Below, piece after piece: positions 8,967-17,708 of a DNA stretch of 57,163 nucleotides (the stretch's first letter is position 1; each line of letters starts with the position of its first letter). The notes under the pieces were generated by a model. It ran no database searches and was not told where the DNA came from. It saw nothing but the letters and a program-made list of their open reading frames with translations. Source of the DNA: a virus (taxonomy: Duplodnaviria; Caudoviricetes); IMG/VR virus record IMGVR_UViG_3300037452_000193, positions 1 through 57,163 of that record. One strand, given 5' to 3'. Both the position numbers and the translations under genes were made by a program.

Positions 8967-9698
8967 GTGCCACGGTACCCCAAGAGTGTCGGGCCGCAAA
9001 CTCTTTCCACAGAGCGCGCCGGCCCAATCCCCCTGCGTGAGGGCCTTCTCCACTGGTTGTCCACACTCCCTGAGCGCGATCAGGAGGGCATCTTGGCGGC
9101 GAAGGGGGGGGGGAGAGTGAACGGTCTCCGGCGCTCCGAGCTTCGGCCTCGCCCCACCGTTTACCGGGGAATCAAGATGCGGTCGCGCCTCGAGGCGAAA
9201 TGGGCTGCCTATTGGGATCAAGAGGAGCAAGACCAGGCTAATGACGGGGTGGCCATGGGCTGGGAATACGAGCCCTATTGCTTCGCTTCGGGCGCGACCC
9301 AATACCTCCCGGACTTCAAGATCACATGGCCAGGCTCACCACTGGGAAGCTCGTGGTACTGCGAAGTCAAGCCTTACGTTCCCAAGGCGCTTGAGGACCT
9401 CATGGAAACCATGGAGGTCATCTTCGATTCTGAGCCGGATGCAGAGTTGTATATCTGCGTCGGCGATCCCGAGGTAGCCGACACTTGGGCCTACCGCTGC
9501 ATCCGGATGTATCCCTTGTCGTGGCCCGAATGGATGGACGGCGATGACCAAACCGTGCGTCAGCCATCCGCTCCGAACTGGTTTCAGGGATTCCAGCGGG
9601 ACTCCCGCGCCGCCGAGTTGATGCACGAACGGAACTGGGTGGGACTCCGCTCCTTGATGCTGGAGCATTTCCGGCGCCGGCGGTGGGTTTCTCGGTGA
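8967..9698 (+). CDS. PD-(D/E)XK restriction-like endonuclease; nuclease part starts at GTG 9117 and is joined to an upstream 50-aa segment across a G10 run
   Basis: YRGIKMRSRLEAKWA...WEYEP...YLPDF...EVKP. AAGGAGG RBS before 8967. Confidence 0.8.
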   Translation: MPRYPKSVGPQTLSTERAGPIPLREGLLHWLSTLPERDQEGILAAKGGGRVNGLRRSELRPRPTVYRGIKMRSRLEAKWAAYWDQEEQDQANDGVAMGWEYEPYCFASGATQYLPDFKITWPGSPLGSSWYCEVKPYVPKALEDLMETMEVIFDSEPDAELYICVGDPEVADTWAYRCIRMYPLSWPEWMDGDDQTVRQPSAPNWFQGFQRDSRAAELMHERNWVGLRSLMLEHFRRRRWVSR

Positions 9699-10384
9699 GC
9701 GTCAAGGCGGTCTCCTGGGTCTTCGACCATTCCCCCTACACCCTCGGTGCTCGCCTTGTGCATCTCGCTCTGGCCGACATCGCCAACGAGGACCACGGCT
9801 GGCAGGTGTGGGTTTCAAAGTCGAAAATCGCTGAGAAGGCAAAAGTCAGTCGTGGAACGGTGACTTCCACGTTGGCAAAGATGGTCTCGGATGGATACCT
9901 CGAGGTCGTCGGGATGCAGGCCAAGGGGGTGACGACCTACCGTTTCCTGAGGCCAAAAGATGACCTGTCAGATTCTGACAGGTGCGCGATTGACGGCGTC
10001 GGACCTGCTCAATCAGTCGATCCCGCACCTCTTTTGTTGAACCAAATTGAACCAAAGACCGCGCGCGCTCAGGCGCGAGACCTCACCGGGTTCGACGCCT
10101 TTTGGGACGCTTACCCCTCCCGTCATGGCAAGAAAGAGCGACGATCACAAGCGGTCGATCAGTGGGTGAAGCTCTCTATTGAGGACCGTCGCGCAGCTTG
10201 GAGGGCAGCCCTCAACTACGCCTGCGCTTGCCAAGAGGAGCAGACCATCGCCGCTGACGCGTTTCGGTGGCTCCGTGACAGGAGGTGGGGAGACTGGCAA
10301 GAGGCGGCCGAGTACAACCCTCCGCAGGCATCAGTGACGGAGACGGCTGGCCCCTTGGAGTGGGTACCACCCGAAGACCAGTGA
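9695..10384 (+). CDS. Helix-turn-helix replication initiator-like protein
   Basis: MSVKAVSWV...RLVHLALAD.AN...S...IA.K...SR.TV winged HTH, plus C-terminal FDAFWDAYP. Directly upstream of the helicase. Confidence 0.8.
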   Translation: MSVKAVSWVFDHSPYTLGARLVHLALADIANEDHGWQVWVSKSKIAEKAKVSRGTVTSTLAKMVSDGYLEVVGMQAKGVTTYRFLRPKDDLSDSDRCAIDGVGPAQSVDPAPLLLNQIEPKTARAQARDLTGFDAFWDAYPSRHGKKERRSQAVDQWVKLSIEDRRAAWRAALNYACACQEEQTIAADAFRWLRDRRWGDWQEAAEYNPPQASVTETAGPLEWVPPEDQ

Positions 10385-11664
10385 CTGAGATCCGCGCCAA
10401 CCTCGAGGCCGAAGAGTGCGTCCTCGGAGCGGCCTTGCTTGACCGTCGGGCTGTCGAGGTGGCGCTGGCTGACCTCAGGCCCAGCGATTTCTACGCCCCC
10501 AAGAACGCTCACGTCTTTGACGCCATGGTGAGTCTCTACGAGGCGGGGACACGCGTTGACGGGGCCACGGTGGCCGACGTCCTCCGCCAGCGCGGCGTCC
10601 ACGACGAGATAGGGGGCGCGGCCTACCTGATCCAGATCCAGGCCAACGTCCCGTCGCCGGCCGGGATTGCCCAGTACACGGCCATTGTCCGTCGGGAATC
10701 CTCAGCGCGGGCCCTTCTGTGGGCGGCATCCGAGGCTCGGTCCGCTCTCCAGGACGACCTCCAGGACCCTCTCAGCGTGGCTGAGACCCTCGCAGGGCGT
10801 CTGGCGAGCCTGGACGGCGCTGGGAGGCTCCCCGAGCGATTCTGGCGGTCCTGGGACGACTACAGCGCCGATCCGCCGGCCGCTGTGTCCCAACCCCTCA
10901 TCGAAGGACTCTGCGATGTCGGGACTCGGACCATCATCCTCGCCGGTGAGAAGGCAGGGAAGAGCTGGCTCCTCCGGCAACTGGCCTTCTGCGCTGCTGC
11001 CGGGGTCCACCCCTTCAACTTTGGGCCGATCGAACCTGTTCGAGTCCTCGTGCTGGACGCTGAGAACCCCGATGCCGAGCTCTACTTGGCTGGAATCGAG
11101 GTGGCCAAGGTGCTCGACCAGCGCCCCCATGCTCAACCGATCCGGCCGGCCCTCCTGTCCTACCCCTATGGAGCTGACCTGCGCTCCCGTCGCGATCGTT
11201 CCGAGGTCGAGGCCGTGCTCGAGGACTTCAAGCCCCAACTGGTCATCGGCGGCCCGGTGTACAAGCTCATGCCGCGGGGCGAGCGCGAGGACATCGACGG
11301 TCACACCGCGGCGCTGCATCGCATCCTCGACGGGTTCCGGCGCCGGTGGGGTGTGGCCCTGATACTCGAGCACCACGCCCCGACGGGGATGCCCGGGAAG
11401 AACCGCGAACTGCGGTCCAAAGGCGGCCAGCAGTGGGCGGCCTGGCCCGAGGTCACTGTGTCCCTTCGGTCGAAGGTCGAGAACGGAGTCATCAGCGCGG
11501 AGGTGACCTACCCCCATCCTCCTCGCGGTCGATTTCGCTGGCCCCTTCGATTTGACCGGGCGACGCGACCGAGCGAGTGGCCATGGATGCCTATTCTCAG
11601 AAACGCCGATCGCGCGCCCGCGGCGGCAGCGGAGCCGTTGCCCCTGGTAGACGAGCCCTTCTGA
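10381..11664 (+). CDS. Replicative helicase: DnaB N-terminal domain plus RecA-type (AAA_25-like) ATPase
   Basis: AEECVLGA.LL...L.PSDFY.P DnaB-N motif. Walker A AGEKAGKS, LDAEN and LEHH. Confidence 0.88.
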   Translation: MTEIRANLEAEECVLGAALLDRRAVEVALADLRPSDFYAPKNAHVFDAMVSLYEAGTRVDGATVADVLRQRGVHDEIGGAAYLIQIQANVPSPAGIAQYTAIVRRESSARALLWAASEARSALQDDLQDPLSVAETLAGRLASLDGAGRLPERFWRSWDDYSADPPAAVSQPLIEGLCDVGTRTIILAGEKAGKSWLLRQLAFCAAAGVHPFNFGPIEPVRVLVLDAENPDAELYLAGIEVAKVLDQRPHAQPIRPALLSYPYGADLRSRRDRSEVEAVLEDFKPQLVIGGPVYKLMPRGEREDIDGHTAALHRILDGFRRRWGVALILEHHAPTGMPGKNRELRSKGGQQWAAWPEVTVSLRSKVENGVISAEVTYPHPPRGRFRWPLRFDRATRPSEWPWMPILRNADRAPAAAAEPLPLVDEPF

Positions 11665-11676
11665 AATCCGCGCATT

Positions 11677-11698
11677 GGAACGCTTGTTCGGCTACGGT
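11677..11698 (+). promoter_or_regulatory. LexA/SOS-box-like palindrome next to a -10-like hexamer upstream of the lysin
   Basis: GGAAC-GCTT-GTTCG followed by TACGGT at 11693-11698. Confidence 0.45.
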
Positions 11699-11767
11699 GC
11701 CCTCCGCATGACGGCGGTCACCTCTCCACGACGCTTCCTCGGAGCCACCTGGGAGGGGGGCGCGTAG

Positions 11768-12502
11768 GTGACCGCCGTCGACTTCTCATTCACCGTCCCC
11801 TCGGTGGCCGAGCTCGAGGTGGCCCAGGTCGTCGCCGTCGGCCGATACCTGACGGGCGCTGGGAAGTCCATCCTCCCGGTGGAGTTCGAGGACTACATGA
11901 CGGCGGGTATCGGGGTGTGGTTCGTCTTCGAGGACGGGGCCGACGATGCAGACGGCGGAGCAGGGATGGGCGCCGCCAACGCTCTCGCCGCCAACGACGC
12001 CCTCGTTGCACTGGGGCTGCCCACCTCCTGCCCGGTCTACTTCGCGGCCGACAAGGAGTACGCGCCGGGAGCCGAACCTGTGGGGTACTGGCAGGGCATC
12101 GCCACCGTCCGCCCGCGTCTCACCAATGGCGCCTATGGCCAGGGATCTCTGCTCACGCGGCTCCAGTCCATGGGCCTGATCGGCTTCGGCTGGCAGTCCG
12201 ACTCCGATTCGTTCCCTGGGAGCGGCCCGGTTGCCGTGGGCGCCGCAAATCTCCATCAACGCCCTACGGGCGCGCCCCTGTACGGCACTGACCTCGACCT
12301 GATCCTGACCCCGGACTTCGGCCAGTGGCCGCGGCCCGGTCTCACCCCAACCCCCCCCGAGGAGGACGAGAACATGACCTCGATCGAATATGCCGGCCAG
12401 ATGCACGTCTTTTGGACCAACCCCGCTACCGGAGTGTGCTCCCACTGGTGGCAGCAGTCGGGAGTGCCCGGCTGGCATTCGGAGCTCCTGCCGGCGCCGT
12501 GA
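11768..12502 (+). CDS. Endolysin: DUF1906/GH25-like glycoside hydrolase with a short C-terminal binding domain
   Basis: VGRYL....K.I...E, VFE, PVYFAAD, GAYG, WQS and TDLD..L..DFGQW. Pro-rich linker then a Trp-rich tail. Confidence 0.82.
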   Translation: MTAVDFSFTVPSVAELEVAQVVAVGRYLTGAGKSILPVEFEDYMTAGIGVWFVFEDGADDADGGAGMGAANALAANDALVALGLPTSCPVYFAADKEYAPGAEPVGYWQGIATVRPRLTNGAYGQGSLLTRLQSMGLIGFGWQSDSDSFPGSGPVAVGAANLHQRPTGAPLYGTDLDLILTPDFGQWPRPGLTPTPPEEDENMTSIEYAGQMHVFWTNPATGVCSHWWQQSGVPGWHSELLPAP

Positions 12503-12840
12503 AGCGCTCACCCCTACGGAGGCGATCGAAGAAACGCGCGAGCGCGACATATCGCGGTGCCCGCGCGCTCGCCGTCAACGAGGCCATCGAGCGCGACCGT
12601 CACTGCAAAGCCCTCGACCTGATCCCCGGCCATGTCTGCCGCGGCGGACTCGTCGGTCACGAGCCGGTGAAGCGGTCAGCGGGCGGCGATCCTCTCAACC
12701 CCGAGGAGGTCGTCGCGGTGTGCGAGGGTTTCAATTCCGACGTCGAGAGTGATGCGGATCTGGCGAAGGTGGCCCGAGAGGTCGGACTGGTGAAGTCAAT
12801 GGGATCCCGCTACGCGAATGGAAGGCTGGTGCGTCGGTGA
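12499..12840 (+). CDS. Degenerate HNH-like protein
   Basis: MKRSPLRR...ERD.HC...C.G...HE...RS.GG......VC pattern. Confidence 0.6.
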   Translation: MKRSPLRRRSKKRASATYRGARALAVNEAIERDRHCKALDLIPGHVCRGGLVGHEPVKRSAGGDPLNPEEVVAVCEGFNSDVESDADLAKVAREVGLVKSMGSRYANGRLVRR

Positions 12841-13283
12841 GTCCTATCGCCAACTACACGACGACGGTTCCTGTGTCGAAGAGTGTCGGAGAGGTCCATT
12901 CCATGCTCGTCGCCGCTGGAGCCCGCCAGATCATGTCGGAGTTCGCTGCCGGCGGCGAGCCGATCGGGGTCATGTTCTCTCTCCAGACGGCTCAAGGTCT
13001 TCGGGCATTCCAACTTCCGATCGAGGCTGGTCGCGTCCGTCGGGTGCTGACTCGGGATGCCCCGCCGCGGTTTCACTCCTCGGAACACGCTCAGCGAGTG
13101 GCTTGGCGGATCATGCGAGATTGGCTGCGAGCCCAGCTCGCCATCGTGGAGACCGAGATGGTCGAGTTCGATCAGGTGATGCTGCCCTACATGCGAACTG
13201 AGGGCGGCGCCACGGTCTATGACCGGTATCTCGAAGGCGGCATCCCCGCGTTGTCGGAAGGGGGTGCCGCGACGAACGACTGA
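12837..13283 (+). CDS. Phage hypothetical protein
   Basis: NYTT.V...KS..E...ML...AWRI..DW..AQ.A...LPY pattern. GTGA coupling. Confidence 0.7.
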   Translation: MSPIANYTTTVPVSKSVGEVHSMLVAAGARQIMSEFAAGGEPIGVMFSLQTAQGLRAFQLPIEAGRVRRVLTRDAPPRFHSSEHAQRVAWRIMRDWLRAQLAIVETEMVEFDQVMLPYMRTEGGATVYDRYLEGGIPALSEGGAATND

Positions 13284-13431
13284 CAACCGGACATGCCAAC
13301 CCGGCGCACACCCATGCGAAAGCGAGGCCGACTGATCCTTCCCGATCACCGGCCGGGGCTCTGTATGCGAAGTCGGGGTCCTACATCCGAACGCCGCGGT
13401 CCTTCGGGACCAGATCGAGAGGAGTGGCCCC

Positions 13432-13995
13432 GTGCGCCGCTACTTCCCATTGTTCCTTGTCATTGTCCCTTTGCTCGTCCTCACTCAGCCATGGCAGCCA
13501 TCACCATCACCCTCAGCGACAAGCTCGCCACCAGCATCGACGCCGCTCTTTGTGGCGAAGTTGAGGCTCGGGCAGTTCTTTGCTGTGTCCAAGACCTCGT
13601 CGTGGAAGCTCGTCGGCGTGCCACCTCCGGTACCTACGACGACTACAACCTCGACGACGACCCCGCCTTCGCCTGTGCCTGCGGCAATCCAAGCGCCTTC
13701 GGTCTCATCCACACCACCGGTTCCGGCGGTTGTCGCCCCTTCGCCGCCGGCGGCTCCCACATCTGATGCCTACGCCGAATGGACGCGGGTCGCAGTCTGC
13801 GAAGAAGGAGGGTGGATCGGCTACGCCGGCCCCGCCTACCCCGACTCCCTCGGAATATCGGCGGCGAACTGGGCTGCTTACGGCGGCGGCTCCGATCTTG
13901 CCCCTTCCGCTCAGATCGCGGTGGCTCAGTCGATTGAGGCGGCGGCGGGCACCCCGGGATACGTCCCCGATCAGGGAAGCTGCGCGGCGTGGTGA
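13432..13995 (+). CDS. Secreted Rpf-like (resuscitation-promoting factor / lytic transglycosylase) protein
   Basis: Signal or TM N-terminus, P/T/S-rich linker, then WTRVAVCEEGGW...WAAYGG...QIAVA resembling the Rpf core WDxxAxCESGG...W..YGG...QIAVA. GAGGAG RBS. Confidence 0.75.
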   Translation: MRRYFPLFLVIVPLLVLTQPWQPSPSPSATSSPPASTPLFVAKLRLGQFFAVSKTSSWKLVGVPPPVPTTTTTSTTTPPSPVPAAIQAPSVSSTPPVPAVVAPSPPAAPTSDAYAEWTRVAVCEEGGWIGYAGPAYPDSLGISAANWAAYGGGSDLAPSAQIAVAQSIEAAAGTPGYVPDQGSCAAW

Positions 13996-14031
13996 ATTGA
14001 GGACGCGGGGCTACGAACCGAAGGAGCCAAC

Positions 14032-14391
14032 ATGAACAAAAAGCAGAAGCGGTGCCGCCACGACGCCCTGGCCGATGCCAAGGACGGGGGGTCGATCTGT
14101 ATCGACTGTGACCGCACCTGGTCGTCCCCCCCGGAGCCCCGTGTCTCACCTGTCGCTGTGGACTGCATGACACCTGATGTCATCAACGTCCCGGCGGGCA
14201 TCACGGACATCACTGCCTTGGTGGTGGCCGGGGACGAGCTCCGCGACGTCCTCAACCGGTGCAAGGGCCGCGGCATCTCGAACAAAGCCTCGAGCGTCCC
14301 GGCCCAGCACGAGATCAACCGCGCCCTCAGCCGTTGGAAGATGGAAGCCCACCCGAGGGTCGACCTCCCTGTTCGCGAAGCCGCTGAGTGA
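14032..14391 (+). CDS. Hypothetical protein with N-terminal CxH/CxxC
   Basis: AAGGAG RBS. Coupled to the next gene. Confidence 0.6.
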   Translation: MNKKQKRCRHDALADAKDGGSICIDCDRTWSSPPEPRVSPVAVDCMTPDVINVPAGITDITALVVAGDELRDVLNRCKGRGISNKASSVPAQHEINRALSRWKMEAHPRVDLPVREAAE

Positions 14392-14606
14392 CTGACGAGA
14401 CGGGAGAGCGCATCTTGGCGTTCGTCCGAAAGTTCCGGGAGAAGGAGGGGTACGCGCCGACCATCCGCGAGATCGCCGCGGGTTGCGGGGGGCTCTCCGT
14501 GGACACCGTGCATCGTCACCTCAAGCACCTCGAGCGCGTCGGGCGCGTGACCTGGGGGCCCGGGAGCTCGACGGCCAAGGCGAGGACGCTCCAGGTGATC
14601 GAATGA
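14388..14606 (+). CDS. LexA-type DNA-binding-domain-only protein
   Basis: IL.F......GYAPTIREIA...G.S..TV.RHL..LE..G...ART. No peptidase domain. Confidence 0.82.
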   Translation: MTDETGERILAFVRKFREKEGYAPTIREIAAGCGGLSVDTVHRHLKHLERVGRVTWGPGSSTAKARTLQVIE

Positions 14607-15103
14607 GTGGGTGGGCGTTTACCGCCCTCGGCGTTCCGGCGCCTCAGGGCTCGAAGCGAGCGTTTGTGAACAGGCATACCGGGCGAGCGAGCGTCGTCGA
14701 GGCTTCGGCTCGAGCTCGTCCCTGGCGCGAAACGATCAAGGCTTCGGCTCCCCCCGGGGCCCAGCGCCTCGACGGACCGGTCGCCATGGCCTGTGCCTTC
14801 ACCATGCCTCGTCCCAAGTCGGCACGAAGGGCCGATCACATTCCCTGCTCTCGCCCCGACGTCGACAAGCTGGCGCGCCTCGCCCTCGACGCCTGTGTCG
14901 AGGCGGGGATCCTGGCCGACGACGCGCGGGTCGCTTGGCTTCTGGCAACGAAGGTCTGGTACCCCTACGATCTTCATGCCCTCGACACGCCCGGAGTCGT
15001 GATCGCTGGGTGCGAGATCGTCCTGGGATCCTGGCAGTCGTTCCTCGAGGGGCTCATGGACATTGCCGTGAAAAAACACCAAGACCGCCGCGCTGCGGTT
15101 TGA
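14603..15103 (+). CDS. rusA: RusA Holliday-junction resolvase
   Basis: G.PAPQGSK, F.MPRPKS and PDVDKL.R..LD......DD..V. Confidence 0.9.
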   Translation: MSGWAFTALGVPAPQGSKRAFVNRHTGRASVVEASARARPWRETIKASAPPGAQRLDGPVAMACAFTMPRPKSARRADHIPCSRPDVDKLARLALDACVEAGILADDARVAWLLATKVWYPYDLHALDTPGVVIAGCEIVLGSWQSFLEGLMDIAVKKHQDRRAAV

Positions 15104-15114
15104 AAGGAGCCACC

Positions 15115-15525
15115 ATGCCCGTCGAACCCCGAGACCTCGGGATCCACAAAGGACAGCCGATCAAGAGCGAGACCGTCGTCCTCCGCAAAGGGGCGCGCGT
15201 GTTCCGCGACGTCTCCGAACTCGCCTCGTTCGAGGTGGAAGACGGCCAGATCGGTTTCGCCATGCTGATGTTCCGGCAAGCAGGGGACAGCTTCGAGGCA
15301 GTGATGTCCTCGGACGAGCCGGACAAGATCATCGGGTACGACCGCAAGCTCCTCTTGGACGTGGTGGGCGCGGCCCCCGACGACCGCGAAGGAACCGCGA
15401 AGACCTTGGAGCGGATGGCCGCCCGGGTGGCTGACCGGGCCGAGCAGAAGCGCCAGGAGAAGGCGGGGAACGTGCGGTTGGCCGGGATCGACCCGGTGCC
15501 CGACGATGACGGAGAGGGCGATTGA
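15115..15525 (+). CDS. Hypothetical protein
   Basis: AAAGGAG RBS, ATG start MPVEPRDLG... Confidence 0.65.
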   Translation: MPVEPRDLGIHKGQPIKSETVVLRKGARVFRDVSELASFEVEDGQIGFAMLMFRQAGDSFEAVMSSDEPDKIIGYDRKLLLDVVGAAPDDREGTAKTLERMAARVADRAEQKRQEKAGNVRLAGIDPVPDDDGEGD

Positions 15526-16073
15526 CCGTGGCCGCGCCCTGCTGGATCGCCGGCTGCGGCCGCCCGGCGCGGCGACGCGGCTGGTGTCCCGCTCACGCCT
15601 CCCGCTTCTACCGCCATGGCGATCCCCTAGCGGGGACCCGCGAGCGCCGACCCAAGGATGTCGATCCGGCCGACTGGTTTTGGCGGTACGTCGACAAGGA
15701 AGGCGCTGTTCCCACGTTCAGGCCTGATCTCGGGCACTGCTGGATATGGACTGGGTACCGGAGCGCGAGGGGCTACGGGCGCCTCTCTATCGGTGGCCAG
15801 ACGTACCTCGCTCACAATGTCGCCTATGAGATCGTGGTGGGGCTCCCCATTTCCGGGCTTGAGCCGGACCACCTCTGCCGCGTCACCTCATGCGTGAATC
15901 CGGCGCACATCGAGCACGTGACCCATCAGGAGAACACGCGGCGCGGTTTCGCGGTGAAGATCGCGTGCCCCGTCGGTCACCCCTACGACGATGTCAACAC
16001 TTACGTCGACCCCGAAGGGCATCGGCGGTGCCGTGCTTGCGCGAGGGAGCGCGATCGTGCGAGGGCGCGATGA
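15522..16073 (+). CDS. HNH endonuclease
   Basis: CWIWTG....GYG...AH...Y....DHLC....CVNP.H...VT..EN plus CP.GH.Y...NT. Confidence 0.9.
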   Translation: MTVAAPCWIAGCGRPARRRGWCPAHASRFYRHGDPLAGTRERRPKDVDPADWFWRYVDKEGAVPTFRPDLGHCWIWTGYRSARGYGRLSIGGQTYLAHNVAYEIVVGLPISGLEPDHLCRVTSCVNPAHIEHVTHQENTRRGFAVKIACPVGHPYDDVNTYVDPEGHRRCRACARERDRARAR

Positions 16074-16269
16074 GCGCGTCGCTCGGTTCAGCGATGACGA
16101 GGCCCGGCGGTTACGGCGTGTGTGCAAAGCTCTTGGCACGACGCCTCAGGAACTTGCGCATTTCGCTACCATGCAGGCGATAGATGAGCTCGAGGGCCTC
16201 GCGGCGGAGCAGGAAGCGATCTGGCGGTTCTACAACCGAGGAGAAGAGCATGGACGGTCTACCCGCTGA
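16057..16269 (+). CDS. Small RHH-like protein
   Basis: GGGAG RBS then GTG. VARFSDDEARRLRRVCKALGTTPQELAHFA strand-helix-helix pattern. Confidence 0.5.
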   Translation: MRGRDERVARFSDDEARRLRRVCKALGTTPQELAHFATMQAIDELEGLAAEQEAIWRFYNRGEEHGRSTR

Positions 16270-16429
16270 CCCGATGACGGAACTCCAAGAGGGAGCCACG
16301 CAAATGCACGAGCTCTTCAAGGGCTACGTGGAGGCTGGTTTTACCCAGGAGCAAGCCCTCCGCCTCGTCGGAATGGTCCTCCAAGCGGCGGTGGCTGTGT
16401 CCCTTGGAGGCAGTCCCCCGCCTCAGTGA
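16250..16429 (+). CDS. Small phage protein
   Basis: GAGGAG RBS. MHELF..YVEAGFT.EQAL pattern. Confidence 0.65.
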   Translation: MDGLPADPMTELQEGATQMHELFKGYVEAGFTQEQALRLVGMVLQAAVAVSLGGSPPPQ

Positions 16430-17232
16430 GCACCCCCTCGCGGCCGGCCGTTCGACTCCAGGAGAAGATCCGAGGAGCCATCCAAGACCTCGAGGGTCTT
16501 CTCGAGCCCTCCGAGGTGAGTTCAGGGACGGTTGCCGCCGATCTCCTGCGTCGAGTCCAGGAGACTTCGGAGATCGACGGATACGCCCCCTCAAGCGGCG
16601 GAGAGCCCTCGAGGAGCAAAGGGACCTCCGATCCTACCTTCGGGGCGATCGTGGCCCGTGAGGCGGACGTGTGTGTCCGCTGTGAGGGTCGAGGATGGAC
16701 GGTGGTGGTCCTTCCGGGCAGAGACGCCAAGGGTCGCCCGAAGGAACCCGAACAGCGACCCTGCCGGCGGTGTGGGGGGAAAGGCACGCGATGGGCCGAT
16801 CCGGTCCGCGACGCTCTCGAGGAGATGTTCACCGACCTCGATCAGGTTGTCAGGCTGTGCCGGGGGATCACCCGAGTCCAGACCAAAGTCACGGGGATGC
16901 GGGCCCGGGACGGGGAACGCAAGAGCTCACTCCAGGGATCGTGCATGGCCTGTGACACCCCTGTGACCGGTATCGGCTCGAACCGCCTGAAACGGGGACT
17001 CTGCAACGCCTGCTATCTGGCCTGGGGATCCTGGAAGCTCCGTCAGCAACCCACCAACGATCCAGGAGGGGACATGCAGAGGTACGTCTCCTGGCGTCGG
17101 GGGGAGATGGCTCGGAAGGAACGCGAAGCCGAAGCCGAGAAGGCTCAGCGCGCCTCGAGCTCGGTGGAAGCGATAGTGGGGGACATGGATCGGCTCCAGA
17201 AGCGCGGCATCATGCCGGTCCGTCGCAGTTAG
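16426..17232 (+). CDS. Cys-rich protein (CxxCxGxG twice, CxxC twice); possible late transcription regulator
   Basis: Last gene of the rightward operon. Zinc-binding motifs. Confidence 0.6.
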   Translation: MSTPSRPAVRLQEKIRGAIQDLEGLLEPSEVSSGTVAADLLRRVQETSEIDGYAPSSGGEPSRSKGTSDPTFGAIVAREADVCVRCEGRGWTVVVLPGRDAKGRPKEPEQRPCRRCGGKGTRWADPVRDALEEMFTDLDQVVRLCRGITRVQTKVTGMRARDGERKSSLQGSCMACDTPVTGIGSNRLKRGLCNACYLAWGSWKLRQQPTNDPGGDMQRYVSWRRGEMARKEREAEAEKAQRASSSVEAIVGDMDRLQKRGIMPVRRS

Positions 17233-17402
17233 TCCCCGAGAGCAGCCAACGCCGTTCGCAACTGGCAACTTGGGCAAGCTCCACAGTCGTAGAAGAAGAC
17301 GCCCGGCTCGCACCCGTCGTCCACTTCCTCAGGTGTTGTCGGTCGATCTTGAATGTCCGTGCAGGCCGCGTCGAACTCCCTCGCCGCTTTCACGACCCTC
17401 AT
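17229..17402 (-). CDS. Small hypothetical protein
   Basis: GGAGG RBS, ATGA coupling, CxxCxxC. Confidence 0.5.
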   Translation of the reverse strand: MRVVKAAREFDAACTDIQDRPTTPEEVDDGCEPGVFFYDCGACPSCQLRTALAALGD

Positions 17403-17647
17403 GGCTTTACCTCCGTCACTTCTCGTTGCAGCGCCCAGTGACACTCGATGTTGGTGCAATGGTCTGTGACCGAGTGACGGGTTGCGCCGTAGCCGCCGTG
17501 GCGAAACAGGACCGGCTCATCGCTCGTTACTCGTTTCAGACCTGAGCCGCAGGCTGGACACTCGGATGACTCCACGGCCACCAAGGCTCGGGAGCCGATG
17601 CGGCGTTCGACTTCATCGAGAACGAACAGTCCCTCACCCATCGTCAC
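17399..17647 (-). CDS. Small zinc-ribbon protein
   Basis: CPACG...C...C. Part of the coupled leftward array. Confidence 0.55.
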   Translation of the reverse strand: MTMGEGLFVLDEVERRIGSRALVAVESSECPACGSGLKRVTSDEPVLFRHGGYGATRHSVTDHCTNIECHWALQREVTEVKP

Positions 17648-17708
17648 CGCTCCGATCCCGGCAGCCCCAGATTTGGTTATGGTCCGCTGGTGGTTCAGGC
17701 CACATCGC

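Noticed and set aside
13284-13431. c-di-AMP (ydaO) riboswitch upstream of the Rpf-like gene
   Set aside because: The characteristic GCCGAAUCC...GGAAC...CCGUCAGCUAAC elements are absent. Kept only as an unknown structured leader.
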